Of a stretch of DNA of 64,000 nucleotides, positions 37,281 to 49,311 are shown piece after piece. The stretch lies in NCBI RefSeq assembly GCF_000315625.1, contig NW_005434636.1, forward strand, positions 207,298 to 271,297, in the 5' to 3' direction. Under the pieces are notes generated by a model, which worked only from the letters and a program-made list of their open reading frames with translations, was not told where the DNA came from and made no database searches. Numbering within the stretch: the first letter of the stretch is position 1; the number at the start of each line of letters is the position of its first letter. This stretch comes from Guillardia theta CCMP2712 (lineage: Eukaryota; Protista; Cryptophyta). A program made the position numbers and the translations under genes.

Positions 37281-37401
37281 ACCCTCCCCACCCCAGCTCT
37301 TCGAGCAGTACTTCGGGCATAGCCCGACCATGGCTGTGGTGACGACAGAGGAGAACCTTCTGGTGGACTTCACGAGGCTTCAACGATGCGATCGTTCGTC
37401 G
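37281..37401 (+). repeat. Dispersed cassette, copy 3
   Basis: Same core; shares the extra caacgatgcgatcgttcgtcg with copy 2 only. Confidence 0.95.
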
Positions 37402-37851
37402 TGGCATTCTAGCAATAGGTGTGATGAGAAATGTATCAAGGAAAGTCAGGATGATGTGAGAGAAGATGCAGCAAGACGCAAGTCTGTGGCAGGAGACAAC
37501 ACATGGAGTATCTCTGACGATTCTTATGTGTATGAACGCTCCATATCGAAAGATTACAAAAGCTTGCGGAATCAAATAAAATGAAACCTGACAAGTGCTG
37601 CACATGCGTGCACAATGACATTCGAACCACTTCATACATCGTAGGGCGGTGTAACGTAGCGGAGCTGATCAGTTTGATGCTGTTCAGTCTCACAACGATG
37701 TGCAAGTTAAGTCATCGTCGGGGTTGCGAAGAAAAGTAGAGGAGTCTGATGACAATTGTTTTAGAAATGCACAAGGCATGGATGTAACGAGTTTACACTT
37801 ACAAACTCGTCTGAGTGAGTGAGTGAGGGAGAGAGGGGGAGGGAGAGAGAG

Positions 37852-40406
37852 ATGAGACAAAAAGGAGGCAGCTCAAACCTACCCCAACCACACAAGCGAC
37901 TCTGCTAAGTGACTGCAGGTACTTACCGTACGACATGCATCAGAACAAAGAGTTGTTGCGCAGATGTGCCTCAGAAGAATATTGCCAACACAGGAGAGGC
38001 AGCTCGTACTCCAGTCAGCATCAGTGCCAACGAGTCACGCGGCCCAACTTGAACTCAAGTTTTTGTATCATAGTATGATCGGCTGGAGTCAGCTGAGGCG
38101 GACTCGCTCTGGTGATCTAGTCAAACCAACTGAACATGGAAGAGCACGATGGGGAACAGACGAGTACTTGAGCTGTCCTTACAGACGTATCTTGCTTGCC
38201 CTTGGTATCTACCTCTCCCCTCTCTCTTCACTCCCCCTTCCCCTTCCCCTCCGACTGACAGGGGTGTGGCAGGCTACTATCACGGTAGGATGCTGTTCCA
38301 AAGCCCTAGGACGCCTGCAGGCACATGGCATGCGAAGCAAACCAAGGAGGCAGCAGAGCTTTTCATAGCAGGTTGACATCCCAATGCTTCAATCGTTTGT
38401 AGTGACGGAAGTGAACAGCGCTCGAGTACAATCAGTTGAGCTGTGAAGAAGGCTTCTACAGGCTTGACAAGGATCAGGATGGGTTTGTCTCTTTTGAGGT
38501 AGTTGTTTGTTTGTGCATGATGAGAGCCTGGGGTGATCAGGAGATGAGAAGCTGCTTTTCTGCCAGGATCTGGTGGAGGGTGCAGAGGAGCTTGACCTCG
38601 GGGTCACAGTTGAAGACATCAGATCACTACATCAGGAAATGGACATGGTTTGTATCCTCCTGCTCTAAGAAGTCTACCTAAGATAGTTTGCAACAGCACG
38701 GGGACGGTCTTGTAGAGCTTGACAGCTGGATGAAGCTGCTGTGGAGAAAGAATGCTCGAGACATCATGCTGGATAAGATCGGCCAGCCTGGCGGGGTTGT
38801 ATCATCAGCGCAATATGAGAGGGAGAGCAGAGCTGGCATGAAAGCTGATGCTTCAGACCTTGATCTGCCCATATCTAGCACAGACAGGAAATTGGGCAAA
38901 AAGTGGACGATGACCGAGAACGAGAGTCCGGATTTGATTTCAGACCAGAAAGAAGTTGAAAGCATGCGGCTATCAGAATCAGGCAAAGAGCCGCAGAGTG
39001 ACATGTTCAAGAGTCTTGAGGAAGCTGCAGCAGAGGCGGCTGGACAACCTGCGCTTAAGGTTGTGGGGAGAGAGGAGGGAATGACTTCGAAGCAAGATGA
39101 AACAGAGCAAGTGATGATCGAGGAAAGTACCGTTGAGGTAGAGCAGAGGGGGGAAGAGCAGAGTAAGACCTCGAGCAGGAGTCGGGGAGAACAGATAAGG
39201 GCATTGAGCAAACCAACGGAGGAAAGTTCGCTGTCGTCTGATGAAGAGGAGCAGGAGCAGGTAGCAAGGCCAATGCCCATGATCGAGAAGGACGATGAGC
39301 AGAGAGAGGCTGCGAGTTGTTCGAGTGGCGATGGTGAGAGGAGATTGAAGGATGTAGAGAGCGGCGGGGGAGGAGCGATGGGAGAGGGGAGAATAGGAGG
39401 CGTTAATGCGACGAAAGCAGCAGAAACGATGGAAGGGAGAGACGTAGATCATCATGAATTGAATGCTCGGGCCATCATCCCTTCGGCGATCCAGCCAGAT
39501 ACAACTAGCGATCAAGCAGCTCCGGGCGAGACTCCAAGGCTCAGTGTAAAGGAGTGTGAAGAAGCCTCCGACATGCTGAGAGCGACTGGACAACATGTAC
39601 GACATGATTTCTTACAATCGTTGCGTGAACACTGGCATGTACAGGATCGTGGATGCTGCAGTGGCGATGTTCTGATCGTTCAGCCTGTTCTTCACCGAAC
39701 TCAGGAAATCCCCGTCTTGGACAAGGAGTTTGCAACCTTGGTCTGACAAGTAAGCTTGTGTGATGCGTACTGTAACCTAGGTCCAGGCTGTGTCGACCAT
39801 TGCACAGACCTTGGGGCTGAAACCATCGGACGCGTGCTTGAAGCACGTCAACGTCACTGGCTCCCAAGTGATCCTTGAGATCCATGTCAGCGTGCAGGGG
39901 GTGCGGGAGACCGAGCGGTCGGGGAGGGCAAATCTTGAGTTTCATCTCTTCAAGGTAAGCACGTCGTTCCCAGCATCCCCCCCACCATTATTGCCCTCTA
40001 ACGCCATGCAGCTTCTGTTGGCAGATGTCGAGAGCGAGCACAGCAAGCTTTTGGGAGCAGACGGACTGTGCTGGATGGAGGAGATCGTTGTCCGCGGCTC
40101 CGAGGAGAGCTCCTACATGCTACGCATCCCATCACACCGCAAGAGAAGAAACCAGTCAGCCTCATCGTCGTCATCGTCGTCGTCAAAGGTTTAAGATGTT
40201 GCGTCTCAAAAATGTTCTTCTAACTTGCACCAAGGTTGATGCCACAGCAAGTAGAGCTGCCATGACCCTCCCCGAAGCCGCACCAGGTGACATGCATGTG
40301 CAAATACGACCTGAATGACCAACAGCCTTCAGAGTCGAGCAGGAGTAGCAAGTACAATCTCCGCACCCGAGTGGGAGGATCAGCGGGAGATATAATCAGC
40401 GGGTGA
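37852..40406 (+). CDS. EF-hand protein with acidic low-complexity middle, multi-exon (ends approximate)
   Basis: AAELFIA...LSCEEGFYRLDKDQDGFVSFE-DLVEGAEELDLG...GDGLVELDSWMKLLW. Confidence 0.6.
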
Positions 40407-40628
40407 CCAGAAGGAGCGTAGAAGCAAGCACAGCAGGGAATTAGCCTAGAGAAATTGAGTGCGAGCATGAAATCAGCTTGTCATTGGTTGAACTGATCCG
40501 AGATCAAGACAGCTGTCACTCTTCTTCAGCGCCATGTCTTCCCACCCCCGCACCCCCCCGCACGCCAACATGCCCGTCATATATAAACAGTCGTGTGCAC
40601 TATTCTGCATCTGCCTTCAAGTGGCAGA

Positions 40629-40702
40629 GCTTTCGTGGGAAAGTTGGTTAATCCGTGTGCCTGACACGCACAAGATCCCCAGTTCGAACCTGGGCGAAAG
40701 CA
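40629..40702 (+). tRNA. trnV-GAC: tRNA-Val, anticodon GAC
   Basis: Full cloverleaf: acceptor GCTTTCG/CGAAAGC + A73; D-arm GGA..AGTTGGTTAA..TCC; anticodon arm TGTGC-CTGACAC-GCACA; T-arm CCCAG-TTCGAAC-CTGGG; TTTT about 8 nt downstream. Confidence 0.93.
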
Positions 40703-41621
40703 CTTACTCTTTTAGTATCTGCTTGTGGCATTGCCGGACAATCCTTTTTTTGGGGCCACCGAAGTCGCCGGGCCCCACCGGGTGAACAACCGGCGTTGAA
40801 CGGAACGACGTGCACTGGGACGGGCGGCGACCGGGTTAACCGAGCCCGTGGCTCCTCAGTGCTCGGGACTGTTTATTAGTGATGAAAAAAAAAGTTTATT
40901 ACCGTACTGATTAACTTTGAGTAAAGGGATTAGTACTGTCGGACTTCTACGGGCCTGCCCGCCGGGCCGAGGCCCGGCGAGGCCCGGCGGCCCGAGTCCT
41001 AACTCTGATGCGGGCCCTAACCTCCCCGACAGTTTTTTGATCACTGGATCATCTGGAATAGAGGGGGGTAGAGGGTGGTCAAGTACCCGTACGTTTCCTT
41101 GTGAAAGGAGTGGTGATGGAGGGTTATATAAGGGGTAGTACAGTGACGGACGGTTTGGCTATGCACACCGCGCTGTGCTGGGAAGGAGTCGACAAGAGAA
41201 GGAGCAGAAGAGGCAGAGGAAGGAGGGAAGAAGAGAGCGATAGCGCAAGATGTTGTGATGCAAGGGAAGACAAGTGAGGAAGGAAAGTTGTTGCTGAGAC
41301 TGAGTCAGGACAAGAGGAGGATGGAACGAAAGGTGGACGTCACAAGATGCTATTTCATTCGAGAGTAGAAAATTTTGTTTTGCATCTGACAATGAGTACA
41401 GGAAGGACGAGAGAACCTTTCAATGTGGAGAGCAGCAATCTTCCATGATGGGGAGATGCTCTCAAAAACATCACGCAGTTAAGATGCAATGATGGGAAAA
41501 ACTGTGAGAGCTTCGGTAGTTCTTCATCATTCTATCGAACAACGCCTCCGCTCCAAGAGCTTCGAAAGCTTTCGAACACGACGTCTGAGACTTTGAGAAC
41601 TCCATACTGAGAGATACACTC

Positions 41622-44600
41622 ATGGAGTCGCAAAGAGCGCTGGCTGCTGCGAATCTGTTCATCGCAGGTACCTTGTGCCCTGAATTCCCAGTAGGATTGT
41701 TTGATGGGATGGCAGCGCTGGAATACAATGATCTGAGCTGCGAGGAAGGATTTTATCGACTTGATCACGATGCTGATGGATTCCTCTCGTTGGAGGTGAA
41801 AGAACAAAAACTCCCTGCTTCATGCGCTCACCACTGTGTTACCTTTGTCTTGGATCCTTTCTTTCTTGCACATCCCATGAACATGCAAGCGTCTGATCTG
41901 TTCGTAGGACTTGATGGATGCTTCAGAAGAGCTTGATCTTGGTCTCGCTTTGGAAGACATCAAAATCTTCTACCATGCCATGAGCGAGGTTGTTTCCCTT
42001 TGAACTTGACACCCTTGTTGAAGATGTCATTCCATACAGCGAGGAGAGCTTATCGAACTCGATCGATGGATAAAGTACATGTGGAGAGACAACCCCAAAC
42101 AGATCTTGTTCGAGAAGATCCGATCACCAGGGCATGATAGCAACATGTTTGACAGCTCTCTCAGCGCTCAGACAAGACTGCATGAGTCGGATGGCGGGGA
42201 AGGTCGATTTTCGGATCAGCTCGAAAGTAAGCTTGTTTTCTGGGAGAGGGATTGTGTCATTTGAGGTCATTTCTTGGCAGAGAACAATTCTTCCATATCT
42301 TCAAGAAGCTTCAACCTGCTTGATTCCAGCCTGCACACAGAGGTCAACGAGTCCAGCACACAGACCGACGTGGTGGCTGAGGTAAGAACCGTGCCGTGAC
42401 GCGGCCGTTGCGCTCCTTGCTAAGATCGACCTGCTGAGATTGACCTTGGCTCGAAGGCATTGCGGCCTGTGCTGCCAGGAGATAGAGAAAGAGATCCCAA
42501 GGAAGTGGACAGGACACTGAAGATACAACTGAAGATGTCAAACAAGATGGACGAAGTGATACAAGTGGATGACTTTCAGAATCAGGTTTTGAGTTCTCGG
42601 CTGAATGACTTCGATGACCAGATTGCATTCTTTCCTTGTAGGTTGTTATGGACTGTTGTCAAGCGTTTTCCTTGCAAGCAGACACGTTCAGGATTGAAAA
42701 CGTCTTGTTTGGAAAGGAGATAATAATCAATTTGGCTTCGTTACCAGCGCCTACAGAGAGTCAAAGGCTCGATGCCCATCCGTTTTACAAGGTTATCGTT
42801 GTTGTCATCTGTGATGGGGATGGTGAAGTTGAATTCACAGCAAATCGTCAACAAACTTGAAGAGGACTCGAACGCGTTGACGGGAGGGAAATTTACCAAA
42901 TATGCAACGTCGTTGAGAATGTTCACAAGCTCCTCCAATGATCCCGTCGGGGAATCATCTGATACCTTCGTGATGAAGCTGGCTCCTGCCCATAGCCTCT
43001 CGACTTCACTGCAAGAGACAGATCTGACCAAGATGTTGGCGGAACAGGTGACGAGGTCTGCTGTGGAGATGAGGGTTGATGTAAGTGCAGGAACAGTTGG
43101 TGAAGTCATTGAAGTCAATTGTGGACAAGAGTCGATCCATCGATTCTCTTTCTTTCGGTTTGCTCTCTGCATTGAATCAATTCATAAAACTGATGCCAAG
43201 GTGTCCAGATTCGAGTAGAGTAGAAGATCGTAGCTCTGAGAGCAGGCGAGATTCTCTGAGGGTGAGAGCTGTTCTTTTCAATCGCCAGTATGACATGTCT
43301 CGTGCTCTGACGTTCTTTGACAGGAGGTTGGAAGAGACAGGGTGGAGGATACGCGCGATAGCTACCAGGATTACAGGAAGGTGGAGAAGAACTATCACGT
43401 TCAGGTTGCTGCAGAGGGTTCACCCTATCATGGCCACTCGATCTCAGCCGACACTCCGAGCAACAGGAGACGACTGGAGGGTGGGGGGGAGGAATGGGAG
43501 AAAGGGTGGGGACAAATCAGCCACCATGGCAACTCATCATCAGCTTTCGGCTCGCAACGAGTTGATCGTAATGGCGTATCGACTTTCGCCGACCTGCCCG
43601 CTCACCACACGTCTCGACCAGACGCTCAACGGTCAGACCCTGTCAAGTCATGGCGGGATGGGAACTCGGCTGATTGGGACAAGGACAATTTGTTCGCAAA
43701 GAACCCTCAGCAGGAGATCTTCCGTGGGTTGAGCGTGGGCGACCTCAACGAGCTGAGGAGCGTGAAGTATGGGGAAGACATTGAGAGTGCGATCTCGCTC
43801 GCTATGGTTCGACTGTCCTGTTCAACTTGTGAGTTTGTTCTGACTGTCCGGTTGCAGAGGTATGAAAGTCTGAGAAGAATCCATGAGTCCAAGGCCGAAT
43901 ATAGCGCCAAGAAGATGGCAGAGGTTTGTTTCATCCGTTGACAATCAATGTTCGATCGTCATTGTATCATAACACTTCCTGTCTTTCAGGTGTGTAACGC
44001 TCGTGACAACGGCCGTTTTGATGAACTTTCGAGAGAGAGAGCTTCACCATCTTTATCTGCAACACAGACAAAGAAAACCGAGCCCTCAACACGTAAAAGT
44101 GGACAAGTTGTCCTTGGGAATGACGGCAACAACCCGAAGAGACGGATCTATTTCAGCACGAGGTATCAAACATCCGGCAGGAGAGACGCAGGTGAAGGAG
44201 ATGGGAACAAGATACTGCAGACAAGACATGCTGAGGGCAACAAGATCCCTTTCAACAGCAACAGCGCCCCCGAGCTCCCAGTTGCAGATCCGATCCGATG
44301 GCCATGGCAGTCGGAGAAGCAGGAGCGGCTTGAATTCCCCTGGAACGCTCTGCAGGAGGAGCTCAAGGGGGTCGGGTCGGGCGAGAGGGACAGTCAGAAG
44401 GAGATTGATCGCATCTTCAACCTGCACTACAAGGACGTGTCGAGCAGTAAAGTCTCCCTTGCAGATCTCAGGAGGCACCCGCAGGAGAAAGTCAGGGAGG
44501 AGGTGAAAGTTTCCATGGAGGAGACCAACCTTTCGGTGCCCCGCGCCCGGTTGCTTGCGAGGACTGCTCAGCTGTCCCTTGAGGAAGAGGAAAAGAGGTG

Positions 44601-45428
44601 AAGTGAAATCCTCTCCTCTCCTCTCCTCTCCTCTCCTCTCCTCTCCTCTCCTCTCCTCTCCTCTCCTCTCCTCTCCTCTCCTCTCCTCTCCTCTCCTCTC
44701 CTCTCCTCTCCTCTCCTCTATCCTTGCTCTCTTGTCCGCCATGCATGCGCTGCTTGCCCTGTCGTCATTCCTGCTCCTCCTGCTCGCATCGACTCCGTTT
44801 GAGAAGTTCCTCGCAGAGCTTTGAGGGAGCGGGACGATCTGTTCACCAGCGAAGACGAGCACTGGATGTACGATGCTGATACCACATCATGCCAGGAAGG
44901 ATGGGGAAGAGAGGACAGACCAAGGGAGGGGAGAGGGCAGGAGAGGAAGAAGCCGGGGATAGAGGAGGAGCAGGAGGAGGAAGGGAGGGAGGGAGGCGGG
45001 GAGGGCCAAGAGATCAAACTTGACAGAGTGTACGGAGTTTCAAGTAGCAGGTCCCATTGCCCTCCGCTCCTCTCCCACAGGGGGTCGATAGTTCACAGCT
45101 GCGGCCATGTCAACCTGGTTCTGAATCTCCGGGCTCAAGAACAGGTTGAAGGAGGGGGAGGAGGAGGAGGAGGAGGAGGAAAGGAGCGGGGAGAAGGAGA
45201 GGAGGACGAAGACCAAGGACAGGGTGGAGGGAGGAGGAGGAGGAGGAGGAGGAGGAGGAGGAGGAGGAGGTGTGATATTTCTTCTCAGTTTCACTTCTCA
45301 TCTCACCTGGCTCCTATCTCTTGTTCGTGTCTGCACTCTGACGGAAAGATTGTAGCCACTGCAGAGTCTGCAGACATCCCCATGTAAGTTGAGGAGAATG
45401 AGAAAGTTGATGAGGTTGTTGTTGTTGT

Positions 45429-45499
<71 letters not shown>

Positions 45500-45558
45500 T
45501 TTCTTGGGGCTGCAGCTGTTGAAGAAGAAGAAGGAGAAGTTGTTGTTGTTGTTGTTGT

Positions 45559-45601
<43 letters not shown>

Positions 45602-48600
45602 AATGATGATGATGATGATGATGATGATGATGGGGCAGCAATGATTTCACAACTAACGAGGAATTCAGAATCATCGTATGGGATTGTGAGATGATGATGG
45701 CGATATCTAGACTCCGACCAACTCACCGCAAGAGCATCACGTGTATGAACTTCTCAACGGAAGATGACTTGCTTGTCTCTGTTGCTTCGGATGAGTTCAA
45801 CTCCATCACCCTCTGGGATTGGAAGAGTGCAAGCAAAGTCGCCCATGTCTTTGGATCGAAAGAGAAGGTAAGAATAGGTGGCAGTGGTGGTGATGGTAGA
45901 GATTGCATAATTCTTAATGGAGATAGTGACGAAGAAGAAGCTGTTGATGGCGATGATGATGATGATGATGATGAATCGATATGTGCATGTCAAATACAGA
46001 AGAAATGTAGAAATCATTCACTCACTGACTTTCCTGCTCATTTTCCTCATTCTCGCAGATCCTGTCGGTGACATTCTTGAAACGCAACTCGTCCTTCATG
46101 ACATGCGGGGACCGACACCTCAAGGTCTGGAAGGTGGAACAACACGACCTGGACACCTCAAGAGCTTTCATCAAGAACAAGTCGACTGAGAGCTTACAAG
46201 ACATGCAGACATACAAACTCGTTGGAAGAAAGGGAAATCTTGTTGACATGTCCTCTGTCTTCCTCTGCTGCCTCCATTCTCAGTTCGGCCTCGTTGCTGG
46301 AACTTCTGCTGGGGACCTGGTCGTCTGGGAGGAGGAGGACTTGCGAGTGCGGCTGGTGGTTCCAGCACATCAGGGGCAAGTCCTGGGAGCGACGAGCTGG
46401 CAAGATGTGAGGAGACGATGGAGGGAGGAGAGAAGGAGGGGAGAGACAGGCTGCTGAGGAGGAGAAGGGCACGGATATGCAGAGGATGAGTAGGGGTGGA
46501 GAGGGGAGAGAGGAGAGCGGGAGGAGCGGGGGGGGTGAAGTTTTATTTGTTGACCGTACAAGCTGCAGGACAACTTCATCTCTTACGGTCAAGACCGCAT
46601 GATCCGATCATGGACATTCGGGTTGCTCTGAACGCTTCTCACCCCCTGCTCCGACTGAAAGGTCATGCAGACATGACGCGAAACTTTCCTGCTCGTTCTC
46701 GATTTCGCTGTTCGAGAAGGTTTCAGATCACCTTGCTGTTACAGCGAGGCACATGGACGTTAACGACATGAGGTCAGCTGTCATCATGCTTTCCTTTTGC
46801 AATGAGAGATTGACATTCCTCTCAGAGTTGTCTTGAACGCAAACTCGACCAAGGTGGAACAACTGTGCGTTCTTGCACGCTGATGATGGAGATCGCAGGA
46901 GGGAGGGGACAAGGTCAACATCGAGAGCTGCTCTGTAGCAGGAGACGAGCTGCTTGTCTGCACAACCAAAAAGCAGGTTGATATGGTCGACTTGTCAATT
47001 AGATTACCTCTCACGTTCGTCTCTCGTATGATAGTGGATACTCGTCAATCTCGATGACATCGCGGGTAACCTGAAAAACTTCTCACTTCCTCTCTGTCCT
47101 GCCCTGCCCTCCTCTCATTCATTTCTCTTGACTTCTGCAGAGCATATCATTTGCTTTCATACCTCGACTCTGATGTCTCGTTTCGACTTTATCTCCGGTT
47201 GAGTTCTCTGGCAGACGTTTCTACTCCCTCCGACCTCCCATACAAGACTGTCACAGACGGAGTTGGCGGGCAAGTTTCAAGTCTTGATGTCTTCACGGAC
47301 GATAACCAGCAGTTGAGATTTCTCTCTCTCTCGGATCGGGGGATTATCAAGATGTGGAAGGTGAGAAGTGAAAAAAAATCAAAAAACATGCCGATGAGGG
47401 AGATTGTAATGACGAACAATTGTTATGACAAACTTGCTTGTTTTCATCGGCTGACGACGTTGAACGTGGATCGCTAACACGTGAAACTGCTGCGAGATTG
47501 TTGGGCTTTTGTCGGATCGTACATGTCATGATGACGTTTCTGATATCAATGTAGGAAGGGGATGTGAAGGGAGAACAGATTTTGCCTTCATATACCAAGA
47601 GGGGGGCGACCTCGATCGCCTGCTGCGTAGTCCCATCTCCTGCCAACACCATGTTCCTGCTCGCTGTCTCCTACGAGGATTCATCCATCATTGTCTTCGA
47701 CCTGGCCTCGAGGGCGATCTTGTCGGATCTTCGAGTTACCAACATGTCATTGCCACCCCGTGACTTGCTCATCTGTGATGTTGACGTCATCGTCTTCAGG
47801 TTTGCAAAGATCGCCTTCCTGAAGTTCGACTTGTTGAGAGACGCCAGGTGAGATCGTGACATGTTCATTCTTGAGCTGCTCACTCTCCCTCTCTCTCTCT
47901 TTCTCCCTCACTTTTCCTTCTCCTTCTCCCTCTCCCTCTCCCTCTCATCTCTTCCACCTTCTGCTTCCTCTTCCTCTACAGGCTGGTCGTGGGCATGGAG
48001 GACGGAGCGATCCTTGTTTACTCCTCCTCCTCCTCCTCACACGACCGATTCCTAAGAGAATGGACGACTCGGCTGCTGCCCCGCCTCCCTTCGGTGTGTG
48101 GAGGAAGGGGGGGGTGGGGAGGAGAATGGAGGCTGAGTTAGCTTCAGGTGGAACCGCTGGGAAGGGTAGAGCGAGCTGACTGGAGCAGCAGCGGAAATTT
48201 CTTGCGAGCGTGCGGGGGAGGACAGGAGAAAGGGAGAAACGACGAGATGGGGAGGGGAGAGGAGAAGGGGAGAGGGGAAAGTGGGAGCAGGAGGGACTGG
48301 CTGGCTGTTTGGCGGCTGCCGCAGGGAGAAGAAGCAGCTGTGCTGGTGTTGGCGCGCGCTAGTGGCTCGCAGAAGATCTTTGAGGCAGCTGACTTCTACG
48401 CGTTGAGAAAGGTGATGGAGATGAAACGAGCGAGAAGAGGGAGAGCGAGAGGACAGCGAGGGAGAGGGGGGGGAGGAGGAGCGAGCGAGGGGGGGNNNNN
48501 NNNNNNNNNNNNNNNNNNNNNNNNNNNNNNNNNNNNNNNNNNNNNNNNNNNNNNNNNNNNNNNNNNNNNNNNNNNNNNNNNNNNNNNNNNNNNNNCCGGT

Positions 48601-49207
48601 GAGGGACATAAAGTTAAGTGATGATTGTTTTCTCTGGACATGTGGTATGTTCTCTTGGCAGCCGGGAATCTTTCTGTTCCCCCATGCTCCATTATCCAGT
48701 TTCAGGTTGTCCTTGTTGAGTTCAGTTCCACCGATGGAGATTGTGGGGCGTTTGCAAACAGTGGGGGATCAATCTTTCTCCTGCGGAAGCTCAAGGCAAG
48801 GGAAGAAGCCCTTGGGGGGGGGAGGTGATGTACTTGGGCAGAAGAACGAAGCCGCCAAAAGCAAGAATGGGAGGAGAGATGGGAAGAAGCTTTTGTTCGC
48901 AAGTTTCATGCGCCCTCCCGGACAGATGGTGATATTTTTTTTTTCCCCCCTTTTTGACCATGTCGTAATTTTTCGCAGGACGCAAGTCCTTTTCTCCCAT
49001 TTCCTTTATTCCCCCCCCCTTTTTCCACCGCCCCCCCCCCCCCACCTCCCCCTCCTCCTCCTCCTCCTCCTCCTCCTCCTCCTCTTCTACCTCCTGTTTC
49101 ATACTGATGGCTTCCGCAAGGTCTCGGGTGTAATCATGGGGAAGAAGGACCAGCTGTTTACATGGAGCAAGCAAGAAGGATGTATCTTCCAGTGGACTAG
49201 GAGATGA
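41622..49207 (+). CDS. Large protein with N-terminal EF-hands and C-terminal EML/HELP-like WD40 repeats, many exons, contains an assembly gap (start uncertain; could be two genes)
   Basis: LSCEEGFYRLDHDADGFLSLE; LDRVYGVSS...GSIVHSCGHVNLVLNL...HLAPISCSCLHSDGKIVATAE; HRKSITCMNFS...VSVASDEFNSITLWDWKS; FMTCGDRHLKVWK; GRVERADWSSSGNFLRA; CIFQW-stop. The intron after 44597 joins the halves in frame. Confidence 0.7.
44609..44719. repeat. (CTCCT)n intronic microsatellite
   Basis: About 22 pentamer units. Confidence 0.9.
45414..45631. repeat. Compound (GTT)n/(GAT)n intronic microsatellite
   Basis: Seen directly. Confidence 0.9.
48496..48595. other. Assembly gap
   Basis: Run of 100 N. Confidence 0.99.
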
Positions 49208-49311
49208 CAAGTGAAGAATGACGTCTCCACTTACACGCACAATCGCATTCACAATCTGTCCATCGAACTTTCATTGTCGATCGTTGATGCTAGTTTACAA
49301 AGAGCACTTCG

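Noticed and set aside
34385-37401. CRISPR-like or simple tandem array of the three cassettes
   Set aside because: Spacing over 1 kb and irregular; repeat is ~100 nt and begins with a splice-acceptor-like sequence
48596-49100. ORF 48599..49207 as a gene
   Set aside because: Sequence next to the gap has homopolymer-rich, low-quality character; only the last ~90 nt fit the WD40 gene
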